Shown here: piece after piece, positions 10,542-48,600 of the stretch
How the letters are laid out: the number at the start of each line of letters is the position of its first letter
Position numbering within the stretch: the first letter of the stretch is position 1
Origin: Paraspadella gotoi
Taxonomy: Eukaryota > Animalia > Chaetognatha
Reading direction: 5' to 3'
NCBI GenBank assembly: GCA_051294375.1
Contig: CM119266.1
Location: 2,907,812-2,971,811 of the forward strand
DNA length: 64,000 bases
The notes under the pieces: model-generated
The model's database searches: none
Seen by the model: the letters and a program-made list of their open reading frames with translations, nothing else
What the model was told of the DNA's origin: nothing
Translations under genes and position numbers: made by a program

Positions 10542-12679
10542 GAATCAGCACTAAAAATGATCATAAAAATGATGCAAGTAAACAAATGATACAAGTTGAA
10601 AAATGATGCAAGTTGAAAAAATGATTCGAATTGTAAAATGATGCAAATTGAAAAAATGATGTGAGTTGAAAAAATTATGTGAGTGGAAAAAAAATGATGC
10701 GAGTTGAAAAAATTATGCGAGTTAAAAAAAATGTTAAAAAAAATTGTGATTTATCATCTGATTATCTGATTAATTATCGTAGGCAGATCCGACATTGTTT
10801 GCTCAAACTTGTTGAAAAAAATGTTTTATTTTATGAGCAATTCTGATACGGTCTTAAAATTNNNNNNNNNNAAACTTGTTATTTAATGAAAATATTTTTC
10901 TAATGAAAGATTATTAATTATATTACATTTGTAAAATATTGTCTCGTCTCTTACACTTGGATGGAACTTTCACGTCTTCCAGACCATTCTTGCCAGGTTA
11001 TCCCAGTTTGCCCGCAACCTCCGCCACCAACGTAGCGAACTGATGCCGAACAAGACTCGACAGCTGCTAATTAAAGTTTTAAATATTAGGACAAATGGAA
11101 CGATGCGGATTGAGTTTTATAACACCCCAGAGGGACCGGTGAACAGCTTCGTGATCGTAATAGAGCTGTGGATGCCGAATCGGGATGGTAACAGTTAGCG
11201 CTGGGAATGTCATCCAGTTTTGGTCTGAGACGACAGCGATGACAATGTCTCTTCTGGTCAGCATAGTCTAGTCATTGTCTCTGTAGGGTTTGAACCCTCT
11301 TTCTTTCCTCCAATCTTGGGTGACTAGCCATCTCGTATAATGAGACATATATCTTCGAGAGTTTAATATTTTTATGAACTTAAAATAATTGATAATCAAT
11401 GTAAATAAAAGACTCTTCATAGAGATTCGATCTCGGGCCTTTCGGCCCACATCAATTTACTTAGTGGAAGGCGCCACTCTGTTTCACAAAATTTATATAT
11501 TCACTTTTATAATTTATCTATTGTAGTATGTCAATAACATTATTAAAACAAAAGACACTATAACACATATAGTTTAATAGGTGTCATCACTATTACTATT
11601 ATGTTCATTATTGTATCTACATTTCCATTGTTAAGTCTTTAACCTTCACAAAGTATTTCTCTTAATGTCATTTATGTTTACTACTTCATTTGTTGATATT
11701 TATTGATTTCGTTAATGTTTATTTGTATTAATGTTACTGTTTACAATATTGTGTAATATAGATATTTTGATTGCTTGTCGGTAAAAGCAGCCAGAATATC
11801 TATATGCTTTGATTATTTTATAAAGGCCTGTTTTCATGAATGAACAAATGAGACTTTTGTTCCGGAGAATATTTTATTATTCATACGAACTTTGGAGTCA
11901 AATCGTTTTAGCCACATTGGTGAAACCGACGCAGAACTGTAACGCCTCCATCATTCCGCGAGGCGTCACCCAACCTCTAAATAAATTGATTGATTGAATA
12001 ATTAATTAATAGTTAAATAATTGATTGATTTAATAATTAAATGATTGATTAATTGACTGATTAATTAATTTTTGATTAATTAATTAACTAATTGATTGAT
12101 TAATTAACTGATCAATTATTTGATTATAATTACATCTTGCATTTACATTTAATATAAAAATAAAAAGAAGCATATTCTGTTAAAGATATCTTGCCTCGTT
12201 TACTCATTTTTCGCCATTTTTAGGCCAATTCATTTTACGGTCATATTTTCGCGGGCATTTTTTTCCGACTCAATTTTCAGAGAGATTTTCGATCGTTTTT
12301 TTAGTTTCGCATGTAATCTCACTAATATTGTTTCGCCCGGAAGAAACTTCGTATTTACGAGTTTCTCAAGGAATATTGCTTTACAATAAAAGTCTCATAT
12401 TTTTATTCGCGACTTTTTCTCTTGGAATTTCACGTTAAGCAGTTCGACCGGGTGAAAACACGAACGTTCGTCTCCGCGGGCGTGAAGACAAATAAAAGGA
12501 AAGATCTTCGCAGGAAATACGGAGACTCGCTTCGTGGATTCGTCGTTTTCAAAAAGAAAACTCTATAAGAGTCTATATACATAACAAAATGGGTTTAACA
12601 ATGAAATAATGAAATAAAGAAGATGATCGAACCGCGAGCGTGAAGACAAATCAAAGGAAAAATCTTCGCATAATCAATT

Positions 12680-13117
12680 AGTGAAACAGATATTTTGTTT
12701 TTTCCATTTAAATTCATTTCCACTAAGACGAGTCCATCGAAACTTGATTTCCAGCTTAATCACACACTTTCATACCCACATACGAAATTTCAAGTTCATT
12801 GTCCCATCCACTCATGAGTAATTGGTGTTCAAATAGTTTAAACACTTTTTCACTCGCACGATTTCATCAAAACTTCATATCTAGCTCAATCACACACTTC
12901 CCTACACACACACAAAATTTCATTCCAATCCATCCATCCAATCACGAGTAATTGGAGACTTTTGCTAAGGTGGTACGGACGAACGGACGGACAGACAGAC
13001 AGACAGACAGAATTTATCATAATTCGATATTCTGACATGATATATGTAGTTAGCACACAATATTGAGGGGGCGGACCGACGGACCGACAAAGTGAATTAT
13101 AAGCAGATCCGACTAAA
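12680..13117 (+). mobile_element. HINE-like repeat, 3' portion
   Basis: Same internal blocks as 9830-10260; GACA microsatellite; ends GCAGATCCGACTAAAAA, which is complementary to the 5' GTCGGATCTGC subterminal motif. Confidence 0.6.
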
Positions 13118-14164
13118 AATTTAAAAATGAAAGCAAATTTTTAGCTTCTTGTCAGGGGTTGCTAGTGCCATTTAGGAGGTCTTTAAGACTATATATACAA
13201 AATTTCATGAAATTCGATCCGGTAGGTTGGTGGAAACAGATTCTGGTCACAAAAAACGGGTACCTCATTTTATATGATGTATAAAATATATATATAACAT
13301 GAAGCTTTCTGTATTTATTATTTAAATTAGCGTCAAAGATCAAAATACAGAAAAAAATGGTCAACGAATAAAATCTCTGGAAAATGGGTCAACGTGAAAA
13401 TAGAAATAGAAATAGAGCAATAGAAATCGAGAAAAAACATCATTATTCTCAATAGAATATATATATAGAATTTGGTTTTATTACAAAATAAATCATTTGC
13501 TTGGTTGGGGTTTTAGGGTTCAAATATGTTTAACCGTATGTAATGGCTTAAATCAAAGGCGTTTTTCCTAAGTAACAATATATCTTTGAAGAAGTTTTTT
13601 GCGTATATCTTTTATTTTAGCTGGGCTAGCTCTTTTATAGTTTCTTATAATTTAAAAAAAAATACACTACTCGGCAGCCTAATGGATTTGAACAATTAGA
13701 TATGGCAAACATTAACACACATACACGAGTAGAATGGGTTTGATTTCGATATGAGTTGGAAGAAATCTCAAAAGAAAACAATAATTTAAAAACATTTGTA
13801 TTTTGTTTATATTTAGACTTTTTTTTAAAGTTTGGTTTCAACTTTTCTTCAACATTTGCTTTAAATCTACGGAACAAAAATAATAGCTTCGTTTTGCCAA
13901 CAATAATAATTTTGCTCTTTGTTAAAAAAATATACGACGCAAGTGTTAGAGGAGGAAAAACGAATGTTCCTTTCTCGTTAGCGGCAGCGGAAGGAATAAC
14001 ATTCTTTTTTTATCTCCAGTTTTTTAAATTTTCAATCAGTTTGGATTTCAATTCTTCTTCGTTGTGAAACTGAGTTTCAACGTATCACACATCCAAGATA
14101 AAAAAAATCTTATGACCTTTCTTTGATTAAGATGAAATTACAACGGGACGTTGATGAACAGCAA

Positions 14165-38896
<24,732 letters not shown>

Positions 38897-40311
38897 CTAT
38901 GGAAGAGGAGCGGTGGTGCAATATCGTTATTCAATCTAATTTGCATATTGCAGCATTTTAGAATATCATTGTTAACTTATGATTTCTGATTGTAATTTGT
39001 CTTGATGTTACATCGAATCGTTAATAATAATTGTTTTGATTATTATAACTTTTAATATAGATAATTGCAAAGAGGAATTAATTTTTTTTAGCTGAAAATT
39101 GTAGTAAAATCTCTTTTCTTTATTTCTAGCTTTTTCTCTTTATCAAGTCTCAACCCTGAACCAATAATCAATATTCAATATTGAATTTCTTATCTGACGA
39201 CATAAACGACTACAACAACAACTTATATGATGCCGATATTGAATTTTTTTTTCATAACATAAAAAATTCGATTAAAAATTTTACGAAGCGAAAAAATATA
39301 TGAGGAAATATGAAGATCGACTGTTATCGCGTTTGTTAACCTTTAAGCTTTCTCTTTTGTTTTTTTGTGGTTTTTTTTTTATGTTTTGTTTTTGTCATTA
39401 AAAGGAAAACAATTCAATTTTTTTATGGTAATCTTATGCTTGGTATTATTCTTTTTTTTATGATCTAAGATAAAACAGTTTTTTTATTAAATACAATTTT
39501 AGTTTAACCCTAACCGATTTACTTTCCACTGACTGTCTTGTCGTAATGGTCTTGCTTTCACGCTTTCTATCTATCCCTGTCACTAACCCATTGTCAAATA
39601 TTATGCCTCGCCTCAGTAATTTCTCTCTCGACCGAAGTCTTATTTTGGGTTTTTGACCCTACCTTAGTTGTCCTTACGCATTCGCTCAAATTATTTACTG
39701 GTTAGTATTTCGTCGGTATTTGTCATTCTTTTAATTTAAAGAGACTCTATAGAAATATTTAGTTCATTTTTTGCCTTACTAAAAGTAGCATCGCCCGCCC
39801 TGTTCTTGAGTTTTACAGGATTTCTTATGGACATTTTTAACTAAAATACAAGTTTCTAAATCATCTCTACTTTTCATTCAGCATTTACTAAACATTCAGT
39901 CAAAAAGATTCACGAAAACCTACGTCAGACTAACAAGAGACAGATGTCACCGGAACGGTATTAATCGCGAGCGTGAAATGCTAAGTCATTTTACATTTCA
40001 TTCCAATCCAATGGGCGACTAATCCCCTAAGCATCGACCGTAAAACTTTCTCTTAGAAAACAAGACTTCCGACTTCCTCTCAGGTTTTCTTTTTTCTACG
40101 CTGATTTTTTTCAAATTTCCCGCCTTTTTTAATTCTCGATTTTTTCCTTTTTTTTTTAAATTTTCGGTTTCTTTTTCGGTTTCTCTTTCCATTTTTTAAA
40201 TTTTGATGCTAGGAAAACGTGAACACATAACAAAAGAATAAAGTGTTAATTATCGAGGAATTCTGAAGAAGAAATCCGTCGAACCGGAAATAATTTCTTA
40301 AGTAACCAGAG

Positions 40312-40375
<64 letters not shown>

Positions 40376-40511
40376 TAAATCTATAAAGATAGATAAGTTA
40401 TTAGATTGATAAGTAAAGAAAATGAGGAATAATCACGAAATGAGACTGAGAGAAGGAATATTCTCGTTTCCATTTTTCCGGTTCTAACATCGCCTTTCTC
40501 CAGCCCCAGCG

Positions 40512-43183
40512 ATGTGGCGTCGAGCGGCGTTATGTCTGGCGCGGATGGGGCGACCCGAGCGGCGTCGATGCTTCTCGTCTTTCGATCAGAACAGCGAGGA
40601 AGAGATGGTGAGTCACTGAGTCGGGTGGGTCAGGTGGGGTGAGGTGAAAGAGGGTTGGCATTCAGGGTAACATCCCAGATCCGACGAAAAACCAAAAACC
40701 AAATACAGACAAAAGTTTTTAATGAAAAAAATATATCGTAGGAAATGAAAGAGATCGAAGTCGGTAGTTCAAACAGTTTTATCTATGGACCATCTATAAA
40801 AACAAAACAAAAACAAAAACAAAAACAATAACGAAGGAAGGAGATGAGGCGAAGCCGCCTTTCCCCCGCAATATTGGGAATTTCACGCTTTGTCGATTCC
40901 CTAAGCGCGAGCGCCTCTGTTTCGGCTTTTGGTCATTGCTTGCTTGACGCGGTGAATGGGTGCTTGCTTCCTCGCTATTTTCTAGTAGAGCGTTCAAAGA
41001 TAACAAAATATAAAAATATTATATAATATATATTATATATATTATACAAAATATAAAATTCGGTTCATAATTATTTTAAATAAGATCTGAAGAATTCGAT
41101 GGTAATGACAATTTTTTTGTATAATTTCATTTTTCTTGTCGGAAATGACGGTTTTTAATGTATTTAATAAAATTTACATGAGCTTTTGAAATATAAAAAT
41201 AAAAACCTATAAAAATATTTTGGTATGTTTATTTTTAAATTTTATATTTTATTACAAGTTAGCTATATTTATTAATAAATATGAGTAAAAATTAGTCAAA
41301 ATTTTTATCCTGGATTCGCATTCTTTGCAAAAAGTTGATAAAAGAAAATATAATTCTTATTAAAAAATTATGTCATTAAGTTGTTAAAAATTTAGAAAAA
41401 CTATAATTTTAAACCAAAAATTGTAAAATTAAACAAAAATCAAAGTTTTTAACATTTTTAACTAACTTAATGAAAGAATTTTTTTAAATTGATTTTACTT
41501 TTTTATATCAACTCCAGGTTTTAAAATTTCAAAATTTATATTTTTTCACTTTGGCCTATTTTTACTATTAATTAATAATAAATATAGCTAACAAGCAGAT
41601 AATAAAATATAAAATTTGTAAATAAACTTACCGAAGTATTTTTATGGGTCTTTGTTTTCATATTATGTAAGGTAAATACAACTTTTATAAAATTTTAATA
41701 ATTTGAATTTCTTATTCTCTACATTATACTTATTATATTATTTCTTATACTCTTATTATTTCTTATACTCAATGTTTACGCCATTTTAATAGCACCTTAT
41801 ATGCTTCAAAAATCGCCATTGGCGACAAGGAAGATGAAACTATACCAAAAAATGGTTATCATCATTCTTCATTCTTTAAAATGATAATGAATGGAATTAA
41901 ATATCTTATATTTTGTTATCTTTAAACGCTCTATTGTCTTGGGTTACTGTTATTTGACGAGTTAGGACGTTTATTGTAAAAAAATATATTTAAGACTCGA
42001 TGAAAGTTAGCGTGGCGTAGTGTATGCAGTAAGGCTTAGTAAAAATTCTAAATTTAACTTTAATTAAAATTCTAAAAGTGAGAAACGAACAACTTTATAC
42101 TAATGAACATTTATGTATAAAAAACAGTTTAATAAATTTTACAATTTACGCAGAAGGCCATATTATGCATAGTACTAATCCAATAAATGTTAAAACTTTA
42201 AAGCAGTTTTTGTTAGATTTTTTTGGCAGATTTGGATTCGTCATGAAAAGGTGATATAAAAAATATAATTCTTTTTAAAAAATTATTTCATTAAGTTTGG
42301 TCAAATATCAGTGCTAAATATAGTTTTTTTAATTTTTAACTAACTTAAGAAAGAGAGAAAATAAATTTAAAGAAAGAAGTAAATGAAAAGGAAAACGAAG
42401 AAAGTCAGTCTATAAAACGAGCCTCTTCTCGTCCCTCCCTCCATTCACCCCTCAACCCCTACCACCTCCTACGACCCCCTACCACCCTCCTCCGACCCCC
42501 TACCACCCCTCCACCTCCTCCGACCCCCTACCACCCCTCCCACCCCCTCCCAAATCCACCCAAGATCTCCACCTCGTCGCTCGCCTCTCTCGTCTTCCCA
42601 TCGAGAGACAAAAGGAAATATTCGCGCCTCTCGAGGATTATTTCTCCGCCTTGACGGGAGATGTCTCCGCCGGCGTCGTCAACCGGAACGCCTCTTCGGC
42701 GGCGACGGCGACGAACGCCAAGGACGCCGCGTCGATGGAGGCGGCCTTGGACGAGGTGGTCTCTTGGCAACGTCAAATCGAGAGGTTGGTGGCGTTTGAA
42801 GGAAGGAAGGATCCGAGTTGAGGGGGGGAAGGATGATGTTTTGTTTTTCTTTTTTGGTTAATTAACTCAATTTTTAATTTAATCAATTAATCAATTTATT
42901 TCTCGATCGTGCAACGAATAACCCATTCGACAACTCAATCAATCAATCGGTCACTTAATCTATTAACGAATTACCCAATCAGTCATCAAATAAATAAATA
43001 AATTACCCAATCAGACGATCTATTTATTGCCCAATCACTCAATCAGTCACCCAATAAATCTTCCAATCAATCTCCCAATCACTTCAGGGCGGCGCGCGAC
43101 ATGGAATTGAAGGAGCTGCCCAACGGAGCCGAAGTTGAGGCCGAGACTTGGAGAAGAATCCGCGAGGCTTTGGAGAATAAAGG

Positions 43184-43221
<38 letters not shown>

Positions 43222-45599
43222 TCTATCTCTCCCATTTGTTTGATTTGATTCCAGACTCGGAAGAAATGATAAACCGCCTCGCTGCTTCAGACGAACCTCA
43301 CATCAACTTCAACATTTACGCTTGGAACTCGGAGGTGAGTGAGTGACTGAGTTAGGATGAAAGTAAAAGTGAAACTGAAAGTTAAAGTAAAAAAGAAAGA
43401 GAAATACAAATAGAGAAAGTGAAGTAAAAGCTGTTTAGTTGAAAGAAGTAACTAGAGAGTAAAACATTTCGAATGGTGTGTAGTCTGCAGTCATGACAAC
43501 GACGACGTTTACGACAACGACGACGACGACGATCTCACGGTCGCCACAACTTTTAAGTGAGTAGAGTCTCTTCTCATCCTAAGTACAAAATTTTCTCGAT
43601 AGAGGCGCTAGTTTTGCCTAAACAAAATCATAGACCGAAGAACCAAACAGGTGAACGAGGCGGCCATCGACGCGCGGCGTCGGGCGACCGATCCGCAGCG
43701 CGAAGCCGCTGCGTCGCGCGATGTGGAGACTTTTGCTACGCAACTGGCGCAGCCTACGAAGACGCCGACGACGCCGCCGACGCCGACGACGGAGAACAAG
43801 AGTTTGAATCGGAATCCCGATGTAAATATATATATATTTATTCATATAATTATTTATTTTTTATTATTTATTGATTTTATTAATTTATTTTAGTTTCAAT
43901 TTCAGAGCGACCAAGACTCCAGCGCTTCCTCCAACCACTTGACCCTTCGAGCGGCGGGAAAGAAGGAAGTGGACAATCTCATCCAAAGGTTGACCTTCGC
44001 AGCCGAGGCCCTCGCCTCCACTCGACCCAAGGAGGCCCAAGACTTGGGGATGCTCGTCGTGCGACTCTCCTCGGTCGGTTGGGGGGGAGGGAGTGGGTTT
44101 GATGGAGATGATGGTGGAGTTAATGACGCTGATGTTGTTTAATATGTTGAGGTTTGTCACGGGTGTTGCTTCTGTTTTTGGTCGGTGTTTATTTTTTTTG
44201 GTGGTCGTGGGGTGTTGTTGCCTTTTCAGACGGGATTTTTACTGTTTTTTTCGGTGCTGTTGTTGTTTTTACTGGTGTTTTAGAGGCTTTTGCTCTTGAT
44301 GTTGATGTATTTGCTAAGGTTATTGATTTTTTGATTGTGTTGTTAACGTGTTTACCAGTGTTGCAATTTTGTTGTTGTTTTTGCTGTCCGGCTTTGTGCT
44401 TATCGTTGTAATATTTTATCCCTTATTTGTCGCTATATATATAATATATATGTGTATATATATACATCTCGTTATTGTTTCCGCCATCGACGTCGACATT
44501 CCCCCCCCCGATTCAGGTCAGCGGCGACAGCGGCGACTTCGGCGTCGGTTTGAGGGAAGAAGCCGAGTCCGCCCTGACCGCCTTGACCCAAGAGCGGGCG
44601 GGACCGCTGACGGCGGCGGACATCAAGCGGATTCGCGTCATCGCCGAGACTGAGGCGGCGTCGGCGGCGGAGGACGGCGAGGCGGGCGCCTTCGAAGGGA
44701 TGGTCCCTGGCGGCGCGCAGGGGAACTCCACTAAACACAACGAGGAAGAGACTGGCGAAGTCGAGCAATTTCGTGAGTCGAGTAATATTTAATATTCAAT
44801 ATTTTCTAATATTAAATTAAGTTATTGTGATTTTAAATTTTGGGAAAAAAAAATGCCTAATTATTATATTTCGTTTAGTTATCCTTTCAAGTTTTCGCGA
44901 TGGTCGTTTTTAACTAGATCAAATCAAAGCAACAACTGCTGGCCCCAGTTTTGATTTTTCGTTTATTACTTATTAACGCCGTTAATTCTAAATTAATAAA
45001 TAATAATTCTAATTAATAAAAAAAAAAAAAACTGCGAAAATCTTTAGACGACATCAATATGGATTTGTCGCTGATTAAATTCTCCGACGATTTGAACGGC
45101 GGCGGCGCCGGCGGCGCCCCGTCTCTGCCGCTGCCGGCGCTGCCGGCGCTGCCGACGCTGCCGACGCCGCTGTCGCCACAATCATCTCAGCTCAACGAGA
45201 ACAATGACGCCGCGGATGTCGATTTCAATTCAGCCGTTGACGTTGGCGGCGCCGCTAATCGCGCCGCTGATTCCCAATCCGGCGGCGCCACTAGCGCCAC
45301 GAAGATTCTCGAAAACGCCCTCGTCGCTGCCGCAGCGAAACGCGACAGCGGCGACGCAGCGGCGGCGCTGGAAGAGACGGAGGCGGCGATCGAAGAGGCG
45401 TTGTTAGGGATTGCGGCAGCGGAAGCGGCGCTGGCGGATGAGAAGGGTGGGTTGATAGGAGATCGATTGTGGGGGGTGGTCTAAAGATTTCTCTCAACTT
45501 TCGTCTCTAAATTTTAATTTTTTTATCATCAAAGTGAAAAAATCTCAAATTTCTCTTCTTCTTCCTCCTCCTCCTCCTCCTTCTCCGCCTCTTCATCAC

Positions 45600-45658
<59 letters not shown>

Positions 45659-48600
45659 GCGGCCCTCTCTTCTACCTCCCGCACCGTCTCCATGGAAACG
45701 CCGCCCGTGTCCGACGCCCACGCCATGGAACCGGCGCCAGCTTGGGCAACCGACGCGATGGAAACGACGCCGCTTTTCGACTCCGTCCATGCTGAGGAAG
45801 CGACGACTGACGCGTCCTTCGCAGAGCGCGCCAGTGCCTTTGAAGGCGCCATGGGTGTGGCATGGGAATACGTGGTTCCCGAGGCGGCGCCGGCGATGGA
45901 ACCGGCGTCGCTGGAGGCGGCGGCGGCGTGGGCGGATAAAGTGGCGTGGCGGGCGAAGGCGGATGAGGCGGTCGAGAATGAGGCGGAGAGCGTTGGGGAG
46001 GCGGTGGAAGGAGTGGCGCTCGTGGCGGCGAAGGTGGAGGCGGTCGAGGCGGTGGAGGCGTTGGAGTTGGAGGAAGACTTCAGAGGTCATGTATCGTTTA
46101 ACAGTAATTGATGCAGTGATGCGATGTTGTTGATTCTTTTGCCAACGGCGATGTAGTGTTTGATTTTTTAATTAGACAAAATCTGTCCGTCTGTTTATAA
46201 AGATTCCATTAAAAAAAAACACTCTTTTTGTGGATCATTTGTTACTTAAATGGGATAAAAGAAATGAATCAAGGCGACTTATGAAAAAAAGAGTGATAGG
46301 ATATCGTTTCAGAGAAAATCACATAAGATCGCGGGAAAAATAGCACAAGAGCTTAAGAAATGGGAAACGTTTAGCTTTTTAGGGAATGGAAGTTTTAGTT
46401 TCTGACTCTATTCCTCAAACACATCCAGAAATCAATGCTTCTTCCAACGCCGAGAATGACCGACTGGACAAGAGGTCGAGAGAAGCGGAAGCTGAAGCGA
46501 ACGCGAAGGCGGATCCGGGAGTAAATGCTCAGGAGGTGACCACAAAAGTAGCGGAATTGGCAAAATCAAAGACCACAGATGTTGATCCAGAGCCAACGTG
46601 GCCCGAGCATTGGGTGCTGCCTGAAGAACTCCAAGGTATTTTGCTTTTTTTTTTTTTGGTTATGTTTTGTCAAAAGAAATTAACAAAAGTAATTGAATCT
46701 TTTTATTAATTTTCCATAACCATTTTCAATTTCAGCTGATTTCCACATAGAAAAAGAACGCGCGAAGCCAGAAAACGTCAGCCACAACCGGAAAATTAAA
46801 GACGGAGATGGAAATAAAAACCAAAATCAAGAGATAAAAAGATCACGAAAAAAACCGTCTCAAAAGATTTTGTTAGAAATAGAAAATAAAGAGCCTGCTC
46901 CAAGCAGAGAATGGATCGAACAATCACTATGGGCAAAAGGTGGAGAAAAGCTTGCTGCTGATTGGCTTATCATGGGAAGGAAGGAAGAAGACAATGCTGA
47001 TTGGGCAGAAGTGGGAAAAGGGAATAAAGATGTTGATTGGCTGACTGGTGAAACGCGAAAACAAAAGGATATTGATTGGCCATCTGAAGAAAAGAGAAAA
47101 GAAAATGAAGCCGATTGGCTGGCCGAAAAGAAGAGGACCGAGTTGGTCGCCGATTGGCTGGCAGAGGTTAGGGCCAAAGCTAGTGATCGTTTGCAAAAAG
47201 ATGAAAAAAAGCCCGAGGAGTTGATGGAAAATTCAAGGCTGCAGCTGGAGGAGCTAAGGACGCGGCTTAGGAATGTTAAGGAGCGAATGGACAAGACAGA
47301 AGCAGTGGTGGAAGCCGTCGTGAAAGCAGAGATGGTAGAAGCGATCGTAAAGGCAGAAAAGATTGGACAAGTGAAGAGCGAGGAAGCGGTCGAGGAAGCG
47401 GTCGAGGAAGCGGTCGAGGAAGCGAGACTCAAGGAGTCGAAGCCGTTTAGTTTTGAACGCGCGGAGGACGAGCTGATGGAGTCTCAGATGAGGATGGAGA
47501 TGAAGAGACAGATGGAGATGGAGAGGGAGTCAGAGAGAGAGACAATTATGGAGAAAGAGACGAAGGTACTGAAGCAGATTTATTGGGAAAGAGTTGTGTT
47601 GGTCACTGAGATTTTGTCATCGTCGTCGTTGTTGTCTTTATCGTAGTCGTTTTCTTTATGGTTGTCGTCTTCATTTTAGATAGAGTGTTGATAATGAAAA
47701 GTCTTTATCATAATTATAAAAGATACTCGTTATTAACTTATTTTGTTCATTTTACAAACGTCAGGACGAAGCGGCGCCTCCAGCGACGACATCCAGCACC
47801 ACCAGAACAACAACGCCGTCGAAGGGAGGAGGTGCGCTTCGGCCTCTTCGCTCAACCGGGGAGGTTTTGGGTTCGATTCCCCCATTGGTCGTTAGAGAAA
47901 TTTAAAAGCAGGGTAGGGGGGGGGAATCTTAGGAGTTTTTTAGACGAATAAAATCTAGTCTAATTTTAATAATAAAAATAAGAATAAATATAAAAAAACA
48001 AAAGAAGTGTAAATTTCTCTATACCTTGCTAAAATATGTATATTATTTATCAGGATAGTTTATTTTAACAAGAAATTTTTATTAAGTGAGTAAACTTTTC
48101 GGTCATCGGGCGATCGACAGCGCATACATTTGCCCGCAAGGATTCGGGCATAACCGCCGTTCTTTCGGTTGAGGAACAACCAAATCATTTCGTTGCGGTT
48201 TTTATAATTAATTAAACTTAAAATTTAACCATAAATATTTATGAATTGTTCTTCAGAATCGAAAGAACAAAGTCCAGCCTTGTCGGCTTCATCGACAACA
48301 ACAGCCACAGCAACAATGACGACTCCAGCGCTCCCCACGGCCGACGGTTGGGACTTGGATCAGTTGACGGCGTGGCTCCAGAGCGTGGACAGGCGCCGGT
48401 TGACGGCCGAGGCGGTCTTCGTCCCCGCCTCAGCCAACTACTCGACCGGATTCGGAGCGGAGGAGGCGACGACGAAAGCGACGACAGAACACGTCTTCAA
48501 CGCCATCTACAGAGTGGTCAACAACGCCGACGCCTTCCACAGTGTGGTCAACAACGCCGAGGCCGTGCGCAGAGTCGAAGACGCCGACGCCGCGGCGCAG

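Noticed and set aside
40794-41006. Minus-strand ORF as the first cyclase exon
   Set aside because: It starts at a non-ATG codon inside a MITE terminus, and no convincing in-phase donor was identified; the first exon is left unassigned.
45534-45660. Poly-His or poly-Asp ORFs
   Set aside because: A (CAT)n microsatellite at the 3' end of an intron, upstream of the acceptor at 45659.
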